Shown: positions 1-10,100, counted from the first letter of the stretch. The stretch is 64,000 nt of DNA from an uncultured Actinomycetes bacterium (GCA_963850485.1 CAWKLR010000026.1:43883-107882), one strand, 5' to 3'. The notes: generated by a model from the letters alone, not told the origin. Made by a program: numbers and translations.

Positions 1-1388
1 AGGAAGCCCATCCCGATGACGAACGGGACTGCCATCCCGAGGATCTTCTGCGCCGAGTACGAGTTCTCGGGGTCGGCGAGATCGATCGCCGACTTGACGA
101 ACAGGAAACCGAGGATCGCCGCCCCGACGAGCGGGCCGACCCCGATGAAGAAGAAGTTCTTGACCGACTTCGTGAGCTCGCGCCGGTAGTAGATCGCGCA
201 TGCGAGACCGGTGAGCGCGTAATAGAAGGCGATCATCAACGAGAGCGCCGAGAGCGTGTCGAAGAGGGCGTTCTCGGACAGGATGTTGAGGGGGACGTAC
301 CACGCGATCGAGAGCCCGGCGATCACCGCGGTCGAGAACCACGGAGTGTGGAAGCGTGGATGGACCGAGGCGAACGCGCGTGGCAGCGCGCTCTGCCGCC
401 CCATGGAGAACGACGTTCGCGAGGATGGGATGATCGTCGTCTGGGTGGACGCGACCGCAGAGGTGACGATCGCGAGGATCACGAGCTTGTCCCACGGCGA
501 GCCGAGGACGTCCGCGCCGAGGAACGCGAAGATCGCGTCGTCGTCGTCGTACTCGGCCAGCGTCTCGAGCCCCGCATACGCCACCACCGCGACCGCGACT
601 CCCACATACGTGACGAGGAGGATCACCGTCGAGAGGACGGCGGCGACACCGGGCGCTCGCGCGGAGTCGCGCGTCTCCTCCGTCAGGTTCACGGCACTCT
701 CCCAGCCCCAGTAGATGAAGACCCCGATCAGGAGCGCAGAGACGAGAGTCGAGGTGCTCGAGATGGCAAAGGGCGAGAACCAGTCGAGCTCGGGCTTCGA
801 CGACGCGGCGGGAGCGGTGCCGTCGTACACCTTGTAGAGCGCCGCTCCCGCGAAGAGGAGCAGCGCTCCGATCTGGAGCACGATGAGCACGTCCTGGATC
901 GTCCCCGTGAGCTCGGTGCCGATGATGCAGATCGCCGTCATCACGACGATGTACGCGACCGCGAGCACCATCACCGCGGTCTTCGACGCCGCCGCGGACT
1001 CCCACCCGACGAGCTCGTACGTGTAGCGCGCGCCCACGTCGGCGAGCGAGCCGACGACGAGGATCCCGGTCGTGATCACCGCCCAACCCCCGAGCCAGCC
1101 GAGCCATGGCCCGAGGGCGCGGGTCACCCACGAGAACGTCGTGCCCGCGTCCTGATCGGCGCGGTTCATGTAGAAGAACGCGCCCGCGATCAGGAACATC
1201 GGAACGAACGAGGCGAGCATGGCGCCGGGAGCCTGGAAGCCGACGACGACGGTGACGGTGCCGATCACCGCAGCGAGCGAATAGGCGGGCGCCGTCGACG
1301 CCAGCCCGACCGCCAAGGACTCGCGGAAGCCGATCGCGTTCGGCTCGAGCCGCGCCGGCTCGTCCGGCCGCTGCCCCGCCGCGCTCAC
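1..1388 (-). CDS. APC-superfamily amino acid/polyamine permease (3' end runs off the window)
   Basis: Absent from the ORF track because there is no stop in the window. My minus-strand translation from GTG at 1388 reads VSAAGQRPDEPARLEPNAIGFRESLAVGLASTAPAYSLAAVIGT... and continues as a polytopic hydrophobic protein to position 1. GTGA start/stop overlap with the upstream aldehyde dehydrogenase. Confidence 0.75.
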   Translation of the reverse strand, partial: MSAAGQRPDEPARLEPNAIGFRESLAVGLASTAPAYSLAAVIGTVTVVVGFQAPGAMLASFVPMFLIAGAFFYMNRADQDAGTTFSWVTRALGPWLGWLGGWAVITTGILVVGSLADVGARYTYELVGWESAAASKTAVMVLAVAYIVVMTAICIIGTELTGTIQDVLIVLQIGALLLFAGAALYKVYDGTAPAASSKPELDWFSPFAISSTSTLVSALLIGVFIYWGWESAVNLTEETRDSARAPGVAAVLSTVILLVTYVGVAVAVVAYAGLETLAEYDDDDAIFAFLGADVLGSPWDKLVILAIVTSAVASTQTTIIPSSRTSFSMGRQSALPRAFASVHPRFHTPWFSTAVIAGLSIAWYVPLNILSENALFDTLSALSLMIAFYYALTGLACAIYYRRELTKSVKNFFFIGVGPLVGAAILGFLFVKSAIDLADPENSYSAQKILGMAVPFVIGMGF

Positions 1389-2835
1389 TCGGCGAGCTTC
1401 ACGACGACGTGCTTGATGCGGGTGTACTCCTCCATCGAGTACAGCGACATGTCCTTCCCGTAGCCCGACTCCTTGAAGCCGCCGTGCGGCATCTCGGGCG
1501 TGAGCGGGAAGAGGTGCTCGTTGATCCAGACGGTGCCGAAGTCGAGTTGCGCGGCGACCTTCATCGCCCGACCCACGTTCTCGGAGAACACCGAGGCCGC
1601 GAGCCCGTAGCGGACGCCGTTGGCCATCGCGATCGCGTCCTCGTCGGAGGAGTAGGGCTGGACGGTGACGACCGGGCCGAAGACCTCGTTCTGGACGATC
1701 TCGTCCTCCTGGTCGACGTCGGTGACGATCGTCGGCGAGACGAAGAAGCCGCGCTCCCCGACCGTCCCACCGCCGGTGACGATCGTCGCCTTGCCAGCGG
1801 TGGCACGCTCGAGGAAGCCGAGCACGCGCTCCTGCTGCTCGTGCGAGATCACCGGCCCCATCTCGATCTCGTCGTCAGACGCCGGATCGCCGACGGTCAT
1901 GCGCGTCGACGACGACCGACCGTCCGGGAGAGAACGTCGTCGTAGATCCCGTCGCTGACTAGGATCCGCGACGATGCCGTGCAGTCCTGGCCGGAGTTGA
2001 AGAATGCTCCGACCTTGATCGCCTCCGCGACGGTGGCCGGATCGGCATCGTCGAGGACGACCATCGGCGCCTTGCCCCCGAGCTCCAGGTGCAGGTGCTT
2101 GACGGTGTCGGCGGCGTTCTTGGCGATGATCTTCCCGGTCGCCGTGTCGCCCGTGAGGGACACCAGGCGAACGTCCGGATGCCGTACGAGCGCATCGCCC
2201 GCAGGGATCCCCTCGCCGGTCACGACTTGCAACACGCCCGGCGGGATGACCTCCTGCGCGAGCTCCGCGAAGCGAAGCAGGGTCAGCGGCGTCTGCTCGG
2301 CAGGCTTGACGATCTGGACGTTTCCGGCTGCGAGCGCCGGCCCGATCTTCCACATCGCCATGTACAGCGGGTAGTTCCAGGGACAGATACCGGCGACGAT
2401 GCCGAGCGGCTCGCGACGGATCATCGAGGTGTAGCCCTCGACGTACTCCGCGGCCGACTTCCCTTCCAGGTTCCGCGCGGCCCCGGCGAAGAAGCGGAGG
2501 GTGTCCGACATTGCCGGTGGCTCGTCCTTTGCGACCCACCACGGCTTCCCGACGTTCTGCGACTCGAGCCGCGCGAGCTCCTCTGCGTTCTCGTCGATGA
2601 CATCCGCGAGCGCGAGCAGGAGCTCCATCCGGTCCTTCGGCGTCTTCGACCGCCACTCGCTCCACGCCTTCTTCGCGGCCTCGACGGCCTTCTCGACGTC
2701 GTCCGCCGTCCCGGCGGGCACCTCGGCGATGACCTCGCCGGTCGCCGGGTTCAGCACCTCAATCGTCTCGCCGCTCGACGAATCCATCCACTCGCCGCCG
2801 ATGAACTGCTTCAGCTGGGTTACCGAAACGCTCAC
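1385..2835 (-). CDS. NAD-dependent aldehyde dehydrogenase (aminobutyraldehyde/betaine-aldehyde DH-like), frame broken near 1900-1935
   Basis: ORF 1897..2934(-) holds the N-terminal two thirds (VLNPATGEVIAEVP, ELGGKAP, FFNSGQDCTA). ORF 1385..2665(-) holds the C-terminus in another frame (MTVGDP..., NEVFGPVV, PHGGFKESGYGKD). GGAGG then GTG at 2835. Confidence 0.85.
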
Positions 2836-2942
2836 ACCGACCTCCGTTCGCGGAATCTCCGATGAGCGTATCGCTCCGTCGTCGGAGCGCGGGGTCGGAC
2901 CCGTGGGGTCTGACCCCAGGTTGAGGTACAACACGCCCCGCC

Positions 2943-4154
2943 GTGAGAATCCTCGTCGTCGGGACCGGCGGTGTGGGCGCCGCCTTCGCCGCCATCGCGC
3001 GTAGCCGCTCGTTCTTCGAGCACTGCGCGCTGGCCGACTACGACCCGGCTCGCCCGGAGACAGCCGTAGGCGATCTCGACGACGGCCGCTTCAGCGCTCA
3101 TCGAGTGGACGCATCGAGCGCCGAAGACGTCGGACGCCTGATCCGCGCCACACGAGCCGACGCGGTTCTGAATGCGGTCGATCCCGTCTTCAACATGCCG
3201 ATCTTCTCGGCGTGCCTGGAGTCGCGCGTGACGTACCTGGACATGGCGATGTCGCTCTCGCAGCCCCACCCCGAGCACCCGCACGAGCAGACGTACGTGA
3301 AGCTCGGCGACCAGCAGTTCGCCCAGGGGCCCGCGTGGGAGCAGGCGGGACTGCTAGCGGTCGTCGGCATCGGCATCGAACCCGGCGCCGCGGACGTCTT
3401 CGCGCGCCATGCGGCGGACGAGCTCTTCTCGGAGATCGACGAGGTCGGCGTGCGCGACGGCTCCAACCTCGTGGTCGAGGGTTACGACTTCGCGCCGACC
3501 TTCTCGATCTGGACGACGATCGAGGAGTGCCTGAATCCCCCCGTGATCTGGGAGAAGGGACGTGGCTGGTACACGACCGCGCCGTTCTCCGAGCCCGAGG
3601 TCTTCGACTTCCCGGAAGGCATCGGCCCGGTCGAGTGCGTCAATGTCGAACACGAGGAAGTGCTCCTGGTCCCGCGCTGGATCGACTGCAAACGCGTCAC
3701 CTTCAAGTACGGGCTCGGGGACGAGTTCATCGAGGTGTTGAAGACGCTCCACAAGCTCGGGCTCGACTCGAAGGAGCCCATCCCGGTGAAAGGCGCCGAG
3801 GTCGCGCCACGCGATGTCGTCGCCGCCGCGCTCCCGGACCCGGCCACGCTCGGCGAGCGCATGCACGGAAAGACGTGCGCGGGAACCCTGGTCACCGGAA
3901 TCGGAGCGGACGGGAATCCGCGGAAGACCTACCTCTACCACGTGGTCGACAACGAGTGGTCGATGCGGGAGTACGGCGCGCAGGCAGTCGTCTGGCAGAC
4001 GGCGATCAACCCGGTCATCGCGCTCGAGCTCGTGGCCGCGGGCGAATGGACCGGTTCGGGCGTGCTCGGCCCGGAGGCATTCCCGGCGCAGCCCTTCCTC
4101 TCGAAGCTTGCGGAGTACGGCTCGCCACACGGGATCCTCGAGCTCGATCCCTGA
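2943..4154 (+). CDS. saccharopine dehydrogenase family NAD(P)-binding protein
   Basis: Intact 403-aa ORF. N-terminal Rossmann motif MRILVVGTGGVGAAF. Overall length and layout typical of the saccharopine/homospermidine/carboxynorspermidine dehydrogenase family. Confidence 0.75.
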   Translation: MRILVVGTGGVGAAFAAIARSRSFFEHCALADYDPARPETAVGDLDDGRFSAHRVDASSAEDVGRLIRATRADAVLNAVDPVFNMPIFSACLESRVTYLDMAMSLSQPHPEHPHEQTYVKLGDQQFAQGPAWEQAGLLAVVGIGIEPGAADVFARHAADELFSEIDEVGVRDGSNLVVEGYDFAPTFSIWTTIEECLNPPVIWEKGRGWYTTAPFSEPEVFDFPEGIGPVECVNVEHEEVLLVPRWIDCKRVTFKYGLGDEFIEVLKTLHKLGLDSKEPIPVKGAEVAPRDVVAAALPDPATLGERMHGKTCAGTLVTGIGADGNPRKTYLYHVVDNEWSMREYGAQAVVWQTAINPVIALELVAAGEWTGSGVLGPEAFPAQPFLSKLAEYGSPHGILELDP

Positions 4155-4232
4155 AAAGCGACATTGGGGCAGTTGTCGATGAGTTTCGGCTCCGTTCGTC
4201 GTCTTAGGAGCAATGAGAACTAGGATCGACGC

Positions 4233-4493
4233 ATGGCCACGGTGAGGTTGCGGGCGCCGCTCTCCGAGCTCGCCGGAGGGAAGCGCGAGCTCGAGCTCGA
4301 AGGGGCCACGGTTGCGGACGTCCTGAAGGCGCTCGAGCGCGAGCACCCCGGCACGAGAGGCTGGATCCTCGACGAGCGCGGCGCGATCCGAGAGCACATC
4401 AACGTCTTCGTGAACAGGGAGTACGGACGGGAGGAGACCTCGGTCGCGCCAGGCGATCGTCTCCACGTCCTGCCCGCGATCTCAGGAGGGTAG
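4233..4493 (+). CDS. MoaD/ThiS-family ubiquitin-like sulfur carrier protein
   Basis: 86 aa, ends in the diglycine ...VLPAISGG. Size and C-terminus are characteristic of the family. Confidence 0.8.
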   Translation: MATVRLRAPLSELAGGKRELELEGATVADVLKALEREHPGTRGWILDERGAIREHINVFVNREYGREETSVAPGDRLHVLPAISGG

Positions 4494-4498
4494 AACCC

Positions 4499-5560
4499 AT
4501 GACGCAACTGTTGGTCGGAACCAAGAAGGGCCTGTTCGTGCTGGACGGCGTCGACGGCTCGTTCGAAGTGTCCTCGCGCGCGTTCGCGGGCGAGCCGGTC
4601 GAGTTCGCGACCCGCGACTCCCGCACCGGCCGCTACCTAGCCTGTCTCACCTCGGCGTTCTACGGTCCGAAGCTGTTCTTCACGGACGATCTCGCGGCAG
4701 AGTGGCAGCAGGCCGAGGGGATCGAGCTGCCCGAAGACGCCGAGAAGTCGATGACACGCCTCTGGGTCGTCACTCCAGGTGAGGAGGATGGCCTGCTCTA
4801 TGCCGGCGGCGATCCGGGTGTCCTCTTCGAAAGCCGCGACGGCGGCGCGACGTGGGAGCTCAACAAGGCGTTCTGGGAGCAGCCGACTCGGCCCGACTGG
4901 AGCCCTGGCGCCGGTGGGATGTGCATGCACTCGATCGCCACGTGGCCCGGCGATCCGTCGAGGATCGCCCTCGCCATTTCCGCGGTCGGTGTCTGGCTTT
5001 CGGACGACGGCGGCAAGTCGTGGCGCCACGGGAACAAGGGGCTCTACCCCCGGTACATGCCCGAGGAGGCGCGGGCGGACACGATCGACCTCTGCGTGCA
5101 CAACATGCATCGCGCGCCCACTCGCCCGGAACGACTGTTCATGCAATTCCACGGAGGCGTGTATCGCTCTGACGACGCGGGCGAGAGCTGGACATCTATC
5201 GCGGACGGCCTTCCGTCGGACTTCGGCTTTCCGCTGGTGATCGATCCGGAGGACCCCGACAGCGCCTACGTCATCCCGCTCGTCGCGGACCTGGATCGCA
5301 CGACACCGGAAGGTCGCGTCCGCGTCTACGAGACGCGCGACGCCGGCGCGACCTGGAGCGCACGCGGCGACGGTCTCCCCTCCGAGGACGCCTACCTCAC
5401 GATCCTCCGCCAGGCGTTCTGCGGGAACGGCAGCGGGAAGGACATGGAGCTCTACTTCGGAGCGACCTCGGGGGACGTGTTCGGCTCGGCCGACGCCGGT
5501 GCGACCTGGGACACCGCGGCCGCGAACCTTCCGCCAGTGCACTCGGTGCGCGTGGCCTGA
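4499..5560 (+). CDS. BNR/Asp-box repeat beta-propeller protein (sialidase-like fold)
   Basis: Repeated S-x-D-x-G-x-(T/S)-W boxes: SRDGGATW, SDDGGKSW, SDDAGESW, TRDAGATW, SADAGATW. Starts 5 nt after the MoaD-like stop, with AGGAGGG inside the upstream gene end. Confidence 0.75.
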   Translation: MTQLLVGTKKGLFVLDGVDGSFEVSSRAFAGEPVEFATRDSRTGRYLACLTSAFYGPKLFFTDDLAAEWQQAEGIELPEDAEKSMTRLWVVTPGEEDGLLYAGGDPGVLFESRDGGATWELNKAFWEQPTRPDWSPGAGGMCMHSIATWPGDPSRIALAISAVGVWLSDDGGKSWRHGNKGLYPRYMPEEARADTIDLCVHNMHRAPTRPERLFMQFHGGVYRSDDAGESWTSIADGLPSDFGFPLVIDPEDPDSAYVIPLVADLDRTTPEGRVRVYETRDAGATWSARGDGLPSEDAYLTILRQAFCGNGSGKDMELYFGATSGDVFGSADAGATWDTAAANLPPVHSVRVA

Positions 5561-5620
5561 CGGTTTGGACGGAGACGGGGTAAGGCTTCGGACCGACCCC
5601 GGACGGTCACCTCGCAATCT

Positions 5621-5644
5621 GGGGTCAGGCTTCAGCCTGACCCC
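5621..5644. terminator. 10-bp perfect stem-loop between convergent genes (possible bidirectional terminator)
   Basis: GGGGTCAGGC-TTCA-GCCTGACCCC followed by GTCTTTCG. Lies between the BNR gene stop (5560) and the nadA stop (5658). Confidence 0.5.
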
Positions 5645-5657
5645 GTCTTTCGACTGC

Positions 5658-6593
5658 TCAGACGATCGCGACCATCCGGTCGATTGCGCCGCGCGCGCGC
5701 TCCGCCACGTCCGGCGGAACCGTCACCACGTACTTCCAGTCGCGCAGCGAATCGCGCAGCTTCTCGAGCGTGATCATCTTCATGTAGCGGCAGATCGCCT
5801 TCTCGGACACCGCTTCGAAGCGCTTCTCGGGCGCCTCCTTGTTCAGGCGGTGGATGATCCCGGTCTCGGTGGCGACCAGGAACCGTTTCTTGGGGGATTG
5901 CCGCGCGAACTTGATCATCCCCTCGGTCGAGAGGATGTGCGTCTTGCCGTTGCCGAACGCCATGCACTGGCTCGCACAGCCGCACTCGGGGTGGACGAGG
6001 AGCTCGGCGTCCGGGGCTTCGTCCTGCCAGCGCTGGATGTCGGCCGGGCGGATGCCGGCGTGCACATGGCACTCGCCCATCCAGATGCGGAGCGTGCGAC
6101 CGGTCACCTTCTCGAGCCACAGCCCGAGGTACATGTCCGGTAGGAACAAGATCTCCTGATCCTCGGGAATCGACTCGATGATCGCCTTCGCGTTTCCGGA
6201 CGTGCAGCAGTAGTCGCTCTCGGCCTTCACCTCCGCCGTCGTGTTCACGTAGGAGACGACGACCGCGCCCGGGTTCTCCGCCTTCCAGGTGCGCAGCTGC
6301 TCGGCCGTGATCGACGCGGCGAGCGAACAGCCCGCGTCGAGGTCGGGGATGAGGACGGTCTTCTCGGGGCAGAGGATCGCAGCGGTCTCGGCCATGAAGT
6401 GAACGCCGCAGAAGACGATCGCGTCCGCTTCGGTGCGGGCGGCCTCGTGCGAGAGCCCGAGCGAGTCTCCGACGAAATCGGCGACGTCCTGTACCTCGGG
6501 CACCTGGTAGTTGTGGGCGAGGATGACCGCGTCTCGCGCACGTGCGAGCTCACGGATCTCCTCGTGCATGGTCGAGATCTCGGCTGTGGTCAT
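5658..6593 (-). CDS. nadA: quinolinate synthase NadA
   Basis: MTTAEISTMHEEIRELARARDAVILAHNYQVPEVQDVADFVGDSLGL..., three conserved Cys regions. ATGA overlap with the nadC stop. Confidence 0.95.
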   Translation of the reverse strand: MTTAEISTMHEEIRELARARDAVILAHNYQVPEVQDVADFVGDSLGLSHEAARTEADAIVFCGVHFMAETAAILCPEKTVLIPDLDAGCSLAASITAEQLRTWKAENPGAVVVSYVNTTAEVKAESDYCCTSGNAKAIIESIPEDQEILFLPDMYLGLWLEKVTGRTLRIWMGECHVHAGIRPADIQRWQDEAPDAELLVHPECGCASQCMAFGNGKTHILSTEGMIKFARQSPKKRFLVATETGIIHRLNKEAPEKRFEAVSEKAICRYMKMITLEKLRDSLRDWKYVVTVPPDVAERARGAIDRMVAIV

Positions 6594-7420
6594 GTCAGCT
6601 CCAATGAGACGTCGAGTGAACGGGCTGAGTGGGTGAGGGCGCCGATAGAGATCTCGTCGACGCCCGTCTCGGCGATGGTGCGGACGCTCTCGAGCGTGAC
6701 GCCGCCCGACGCTTCGAGTCGCGCCTGCCCTCGCGCGAGCGCGACCGCGGCTGCCAGTTCGTCCGGCTTCATGTTGTCGAGGAGGATCGCGTCGACACGT
6801 GCGGCCAACGCCTCGGACACCTGTGCGAGCGTGTCGCATTCGACCTCGATGGGGAGATCGGTCGCCGCGCGCAGTCGCTCGACCGCGGCGTGAATCGAGC
6901 CCGCCGCCGCGAGGTGGTTGTCCTTCACCAGCACGGCGTCATCGAGACCGAAGCGGTGGTTCTTGCCGCCGCCGCACGCGACCGCGTGCTTCTCGAGCAG
7001 ACGCAGGCCGGGCGTGGTCTTGCGCGTGTCGAGGATGGCGACGCCGGTTCCCGCGACGGCGTCGACGTAGCGCCGCGTGAGCGTCCCGATTCCCGAGAGC
7101 CTGCCGAGGAAGTTCAGCGCGACGCGTTCGCCCGTGAGGATTGCGCGCAGCGGTCCCGAGACGACGGCGACGACGGTCATCCGCTCGACTGGCGTACCGT
7201 CCTCCACGAGGGCTTCGAACCGAACGTCGGAGTCGAGAGCACGGAACACCGCCTCCGCCGCGTCCAGCCCACAGACGATCCCGTCCTCTTTGAGGAGAAT
7301 CTCCGCGGTGCCGACGGCGTCGGCCTCGACCGTTGCTTCGGTGGTGACGTCGCCGGCGCCGACATCCTCCGCGAGCGCGGCGTAGACGACGCGTTCCAGG
7401 GTGTCGGCCGCTACAGCCAT
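6590..7420 (-). CDS. nadC: nicotinate-nucleotide diphosphorylase (carboxylating) NadC
   Basis: MAVAADTLERVV...GERVALNFLGRLSGIGTLTRRYV...DTRKTTPGLRLLEKHAVACGGGKNHRFGL...LLDNM. Start at internal Met of ORF 6590..7618(-). Confidence 0.95.
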   Translation of the reverse strand: MAVAADTLERVVYAALAEDVGAGDVTTEATVEADAVGTAEILLKEDGIVCGLDAAEAVFRALDSDVRFEALVEDGTPVERMTVVAVVSGPLRAILTGERVALNFLGRLSGIGTLTRRYVDAVAGTGVAILDTRKTTPGLRLLEKHAVACGGGKNHRFGLDDAVLVKDNHLAAAGSIHAAVERLRAATDLPIEVECDTLAQVSEALAARVDAILLDNMKPDELAAAVALARGQARLEASGGVTLESVRTIAETGVDEISIGALTHSARSLDVSLELT

Positions 7421-8851
7421 GTCTCCAGCCTGGGCTCGTCGTGCACGCGCAGGACGACGTGACGCTCGAGTGACGGATTCTCCACCGGGAAGTCCGCGCG
7501 GAAGTGCGAGCCTCGACTCTCTTCCCGGATGAGCGCGCTCTCCGCAATGAGTCGCGTGAGCAGGTGCGACGAGGCGCGTAGCCGCTCCAGCCCCTCGAAG
7601 TCTCGGATGAGCCCGCAATCCCGCCAGAGCCCCGTCCGCACGCTTTCCTCCACCTGTCCTCCCAGGACACGGCCTGGGTCAGACCCCGGACGTGTCCCGT
7701 TAACGAAGCGCGGGGCCTGTCCGGACAGGGCGGGCTCAGCGAGGGCGGCGAGCGCGGCCCGGCGGCCGAAGACGAGACACTCGAGGAGTGAGTTCGACGC
7801 CAGCCGATTCGCTCCGTGGACACCGGTCGCTGCGCACTCGCCCGCCGCGTAGAGACCCGGAAGCTCGCTTCGCCCGTCGAGATCGGTCACGATTCCGCCG
7901 ACCGTGTAGTGCGCGGCAGGAGCGACGGGAATCGGCGTCTCGGGCGGCGTCGTATCCGCGCTCCGCGAGGCTCCCCATCAGGCTCGGGAAGCGCGCGCGG
8001 TCGATCTGGCGCAGGTCGAGAAGCGCCGTTCCGCGCGCGGCGATGTCGCGCGCGACCACGTCGCGGGGGGCGAGCTCGTCGGTAAACCGCTCGCCGCGAT
8101 CGTCCAGCAAGAGCGCGCCCTCGCCGCGGAGCGCCTCCGAGAGCAGGAGAGTGGAGTCGACGAGCGTCGTCGGGTGGAACTGCACGAACTCGAGATCGGC
8201 GATCGCGGCGCCCGCCCGGTAGGCGGCGGCGATCCCGTCCCCTACCGCCCCTGGAGGGTTCGTGGTCCGGCTCCAGAGCGCGGCGGCTCCACCGGTGGCC
8301 AGCAGTGTCGCGCGCGAACGAATGGCTCGACGATCGGTCACGACACCCAGGCAGCGGTCTCCCGACCGCCACAAGTCCCGCATCTGCTCCTGCTCGGCGA
8401 CCTCGATCCGCGGGTGCGCGAGCACGCGCTCCACTAGCACTCTGGCGACGCGGTCACCGGTCGCGGCACCACCCGCGTGGACGACGCGCCTCCGGCCATG
8501 GCCGCCTTCGAGGCCGAGATCGTCGTCGAACGCGACGCCGAGCTCGACGAGATCGCGAATGCGCGCCGGCGCTTCGCCGGTGAGCGCGGCGACGGCACTG
8601 GGGCGGGAGAGACCGCGGCCCGTACGCAACGTGTCCTCAGCGTGGAGCGCCGGCGAGTCGTCGCCGCCGAGCGCCGCCGCGATCCCCCCCTGCGCCAGCG
8701 AGCTCGTCGTCAGGCGAAGGGGTCCCTTCGCCAGCACGAGAACGCGTCCTTCGGCGGCCGCGCAGAGTGCGGCGTAGAGGCCGGCGACGCCCGCGCCGAC
8801 GACCGCGAGGTCGAAGTCTTGGCCGCTATGTGTCCCGTTTGTGGCGCTCAT
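7411..8851 (-). CDS. nadB: L-aspartate oxidase NadB, frame broken near 7930-7950
   Basis: ORF 7736..8905(-) gives the N-terminus (DFDLAVVGAGVAGLYAAL, SSLAQGGIAAAL, EFVQFHPT). ORF 7411..7890(-) gives the C-terminus (LPGLYAAGECAATGVHGANRLASNSLLE, ESRGSHFR). The third-frame read ETPIPVAPAAHYTVGGIVTDLDGR bridges the two. Confidence 0.9.
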
Positions 8852-8881
8852 GCTAGTTTTCGCCTCTGAGTCAATAACCTC

Positions 8882-9574
8882 ATGGCCGAGTCTACCAGCC
8901 CACACTCACCTCCCGCCCACGCTGCGCTCGCCACCGTCTTCCAGGTGCGCGACGACGAGCTGCAAGTCCTCCTCTGGGAGCGCGCCCGTGAGCCCTTTCG
9001 GGGCGACTGGTCGCTACCGGGCGGGTCGCTCGGCCCCGACGAGACGCTCGAGGAGTCGATCCTGCGGCACCTGGCGACCAAGGTCGATGTACGCGAAGTC
9101 GCCCATCTCGAGCAGCTCGGCACCTGGAGCGACCCTTCGCGTCATCCGGAACATTGGGAGCTCGCGACCGCCTACGTCGGCCTCGTCCCGCTTGGCATCG
9201 ACCCGCGCGTCCCCGCGGACACGCGCTGGCACCCGGTGGACGCGCTGCCACCCACGGCGTTCGATCACGGCGCCATCGTCCTCGCGGGGCGCGAGCGGCT
9301 CCGCGGCAAGCTCTCGTACTCGAACGTCGGCTTCGCACTGGCTCCGGAAATGTTCACTCTCGCGGAGTTGCGTGACATCTACGCCGCGGCGCTCGGGTAC
9401 GACGTCTCCTCGACCAACCTCAAGCGGGTGCTGCTCCGCCGTGGAGCGATCGAGACGACCGGCGGCATGCGCACACACGGTCCTGGCGGCGGCCGGCCCG
9501 CGGAGGTCTTCCGCTTCCGGAGGAGCCGCCTCGAGGTCACGGATCCGTTCGCAGTTCTCCGTCCGCCCGCCTGA
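8882..9574 (+). CDS. nrtR: NrtR-type Nudix-related transcriptional regulator of NAD metabolism
   Basis: Nudix-like N-domain (WSLPGGSLGPDETLEESILRHL) plus a C-terminal winged-helix-like part (FTLAELRDIYAAALGYDVSSTNLKRVLLRRGAIE). Divergent from nadBCA. Confidence 0.75.
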   Translation: MAESTSPHSPPAHAALATVFQVRDDELQVLLWERAREPFRGDWSLPGGSLGPDETLEESILRHLATKVDVREVAHLEQLGTWSDPSRHPEHWELATAYVGLVPLGIDPRVPADTRWHPVDALPPTAFDHGAIVLAGRERLRGKLSYSNVGFALAPEMFTLAELRDIYAAALGYDVSSTNLKRVLLRRGAIETTGGMRTHGPGGGRPAEVFRFRRSRLEVTDPFAVLRPPA

Positions 9575-9683
9575 GACGCGTTTGCCACCGAGGATTTCGG
9601 GAGATATTCAGAGCGTGCTTCCGCGGCGCCTGAGGCGATCTGCACACTCAAGGTCGAGCGGTCGGCGTCCGATCTTCGATCGC

Positions 9684-9803
9684 ATGCGGCACTTTCGGAT
9701 GTGGCTTCTCGTGATCGCGGTGCTCAGCCTCGTCGCCGAGGCGATCGGCGCTGCCGCCGTCTTCTGGCGGCGGCCCGATCAACTCCAGCGACTAGGCGAC
9801 TAG
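9684..9803 (+). CDS. possible 39-aa single-TM peptide
   Basis: MRHFRMWLLVIAVLSLVAEAIGAAAVFWRRPDQLQRLGD read from the tail of spurious ORF 8841..9803. No homology evidence. Confidence 0.2.
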   Translation: MRHFRMWLLVIAVLSLVAEAIGAAAVFWRRPDQLQRLGD

Positions 9804-10100
9804 GCGCACGAGAGCAGTCACGAGCGCGGCGACGAACATCGCAGCGATGATCGGCGCTCCGCGCCAGATCGCGATCGCGGCCGCAGCGACCCCCGGGATA
9901 CGCGCGTCCACGACGAGCTCCTCGTCTCCGCCGACCGTTTGGGTGACGACCAGAGCGGTGAGCATCACCGGGGCCACGAGATCGACGACCGACTGGATCT
10001 TGGCCGGAAGCCGCCGCCTTCCGAGAAAAACCGGACCCGCAGCCTTGAACACCATCGTGAATGCTCCCACCACGAGCACCACGATCCAGACGTCGCTCAT
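9792..10100 (-). CDS. azlD: branched-chain amino acid exporter small subunit AzlD
   Basis: MSDVWIVVLVVGAFTMVFKAAGPVFLG..., about 100 aa and hydrophobic. ATGA overlap with the azlC stop. Confidence 0.8.
   Translation of the reverse strand: MSDVWIVVLVVGAFTMVFKAAGPVFLGRRRLPAKIQSVVDLVAPVMLTALVVTQTVGGDEELVVDARIPGVAAAAIAIWRGAPIIAAMFVAALVTALVRLVA

Noticed and set aside
348-1463. Long plus-strand ORFs 256..714 and 348..1463
   Set aside because: Arg/Asp/Glu-rich nonsense composition. They lie antisense to a clean polytopic permease reading frame. This is a typical high-GC shadow ORF.
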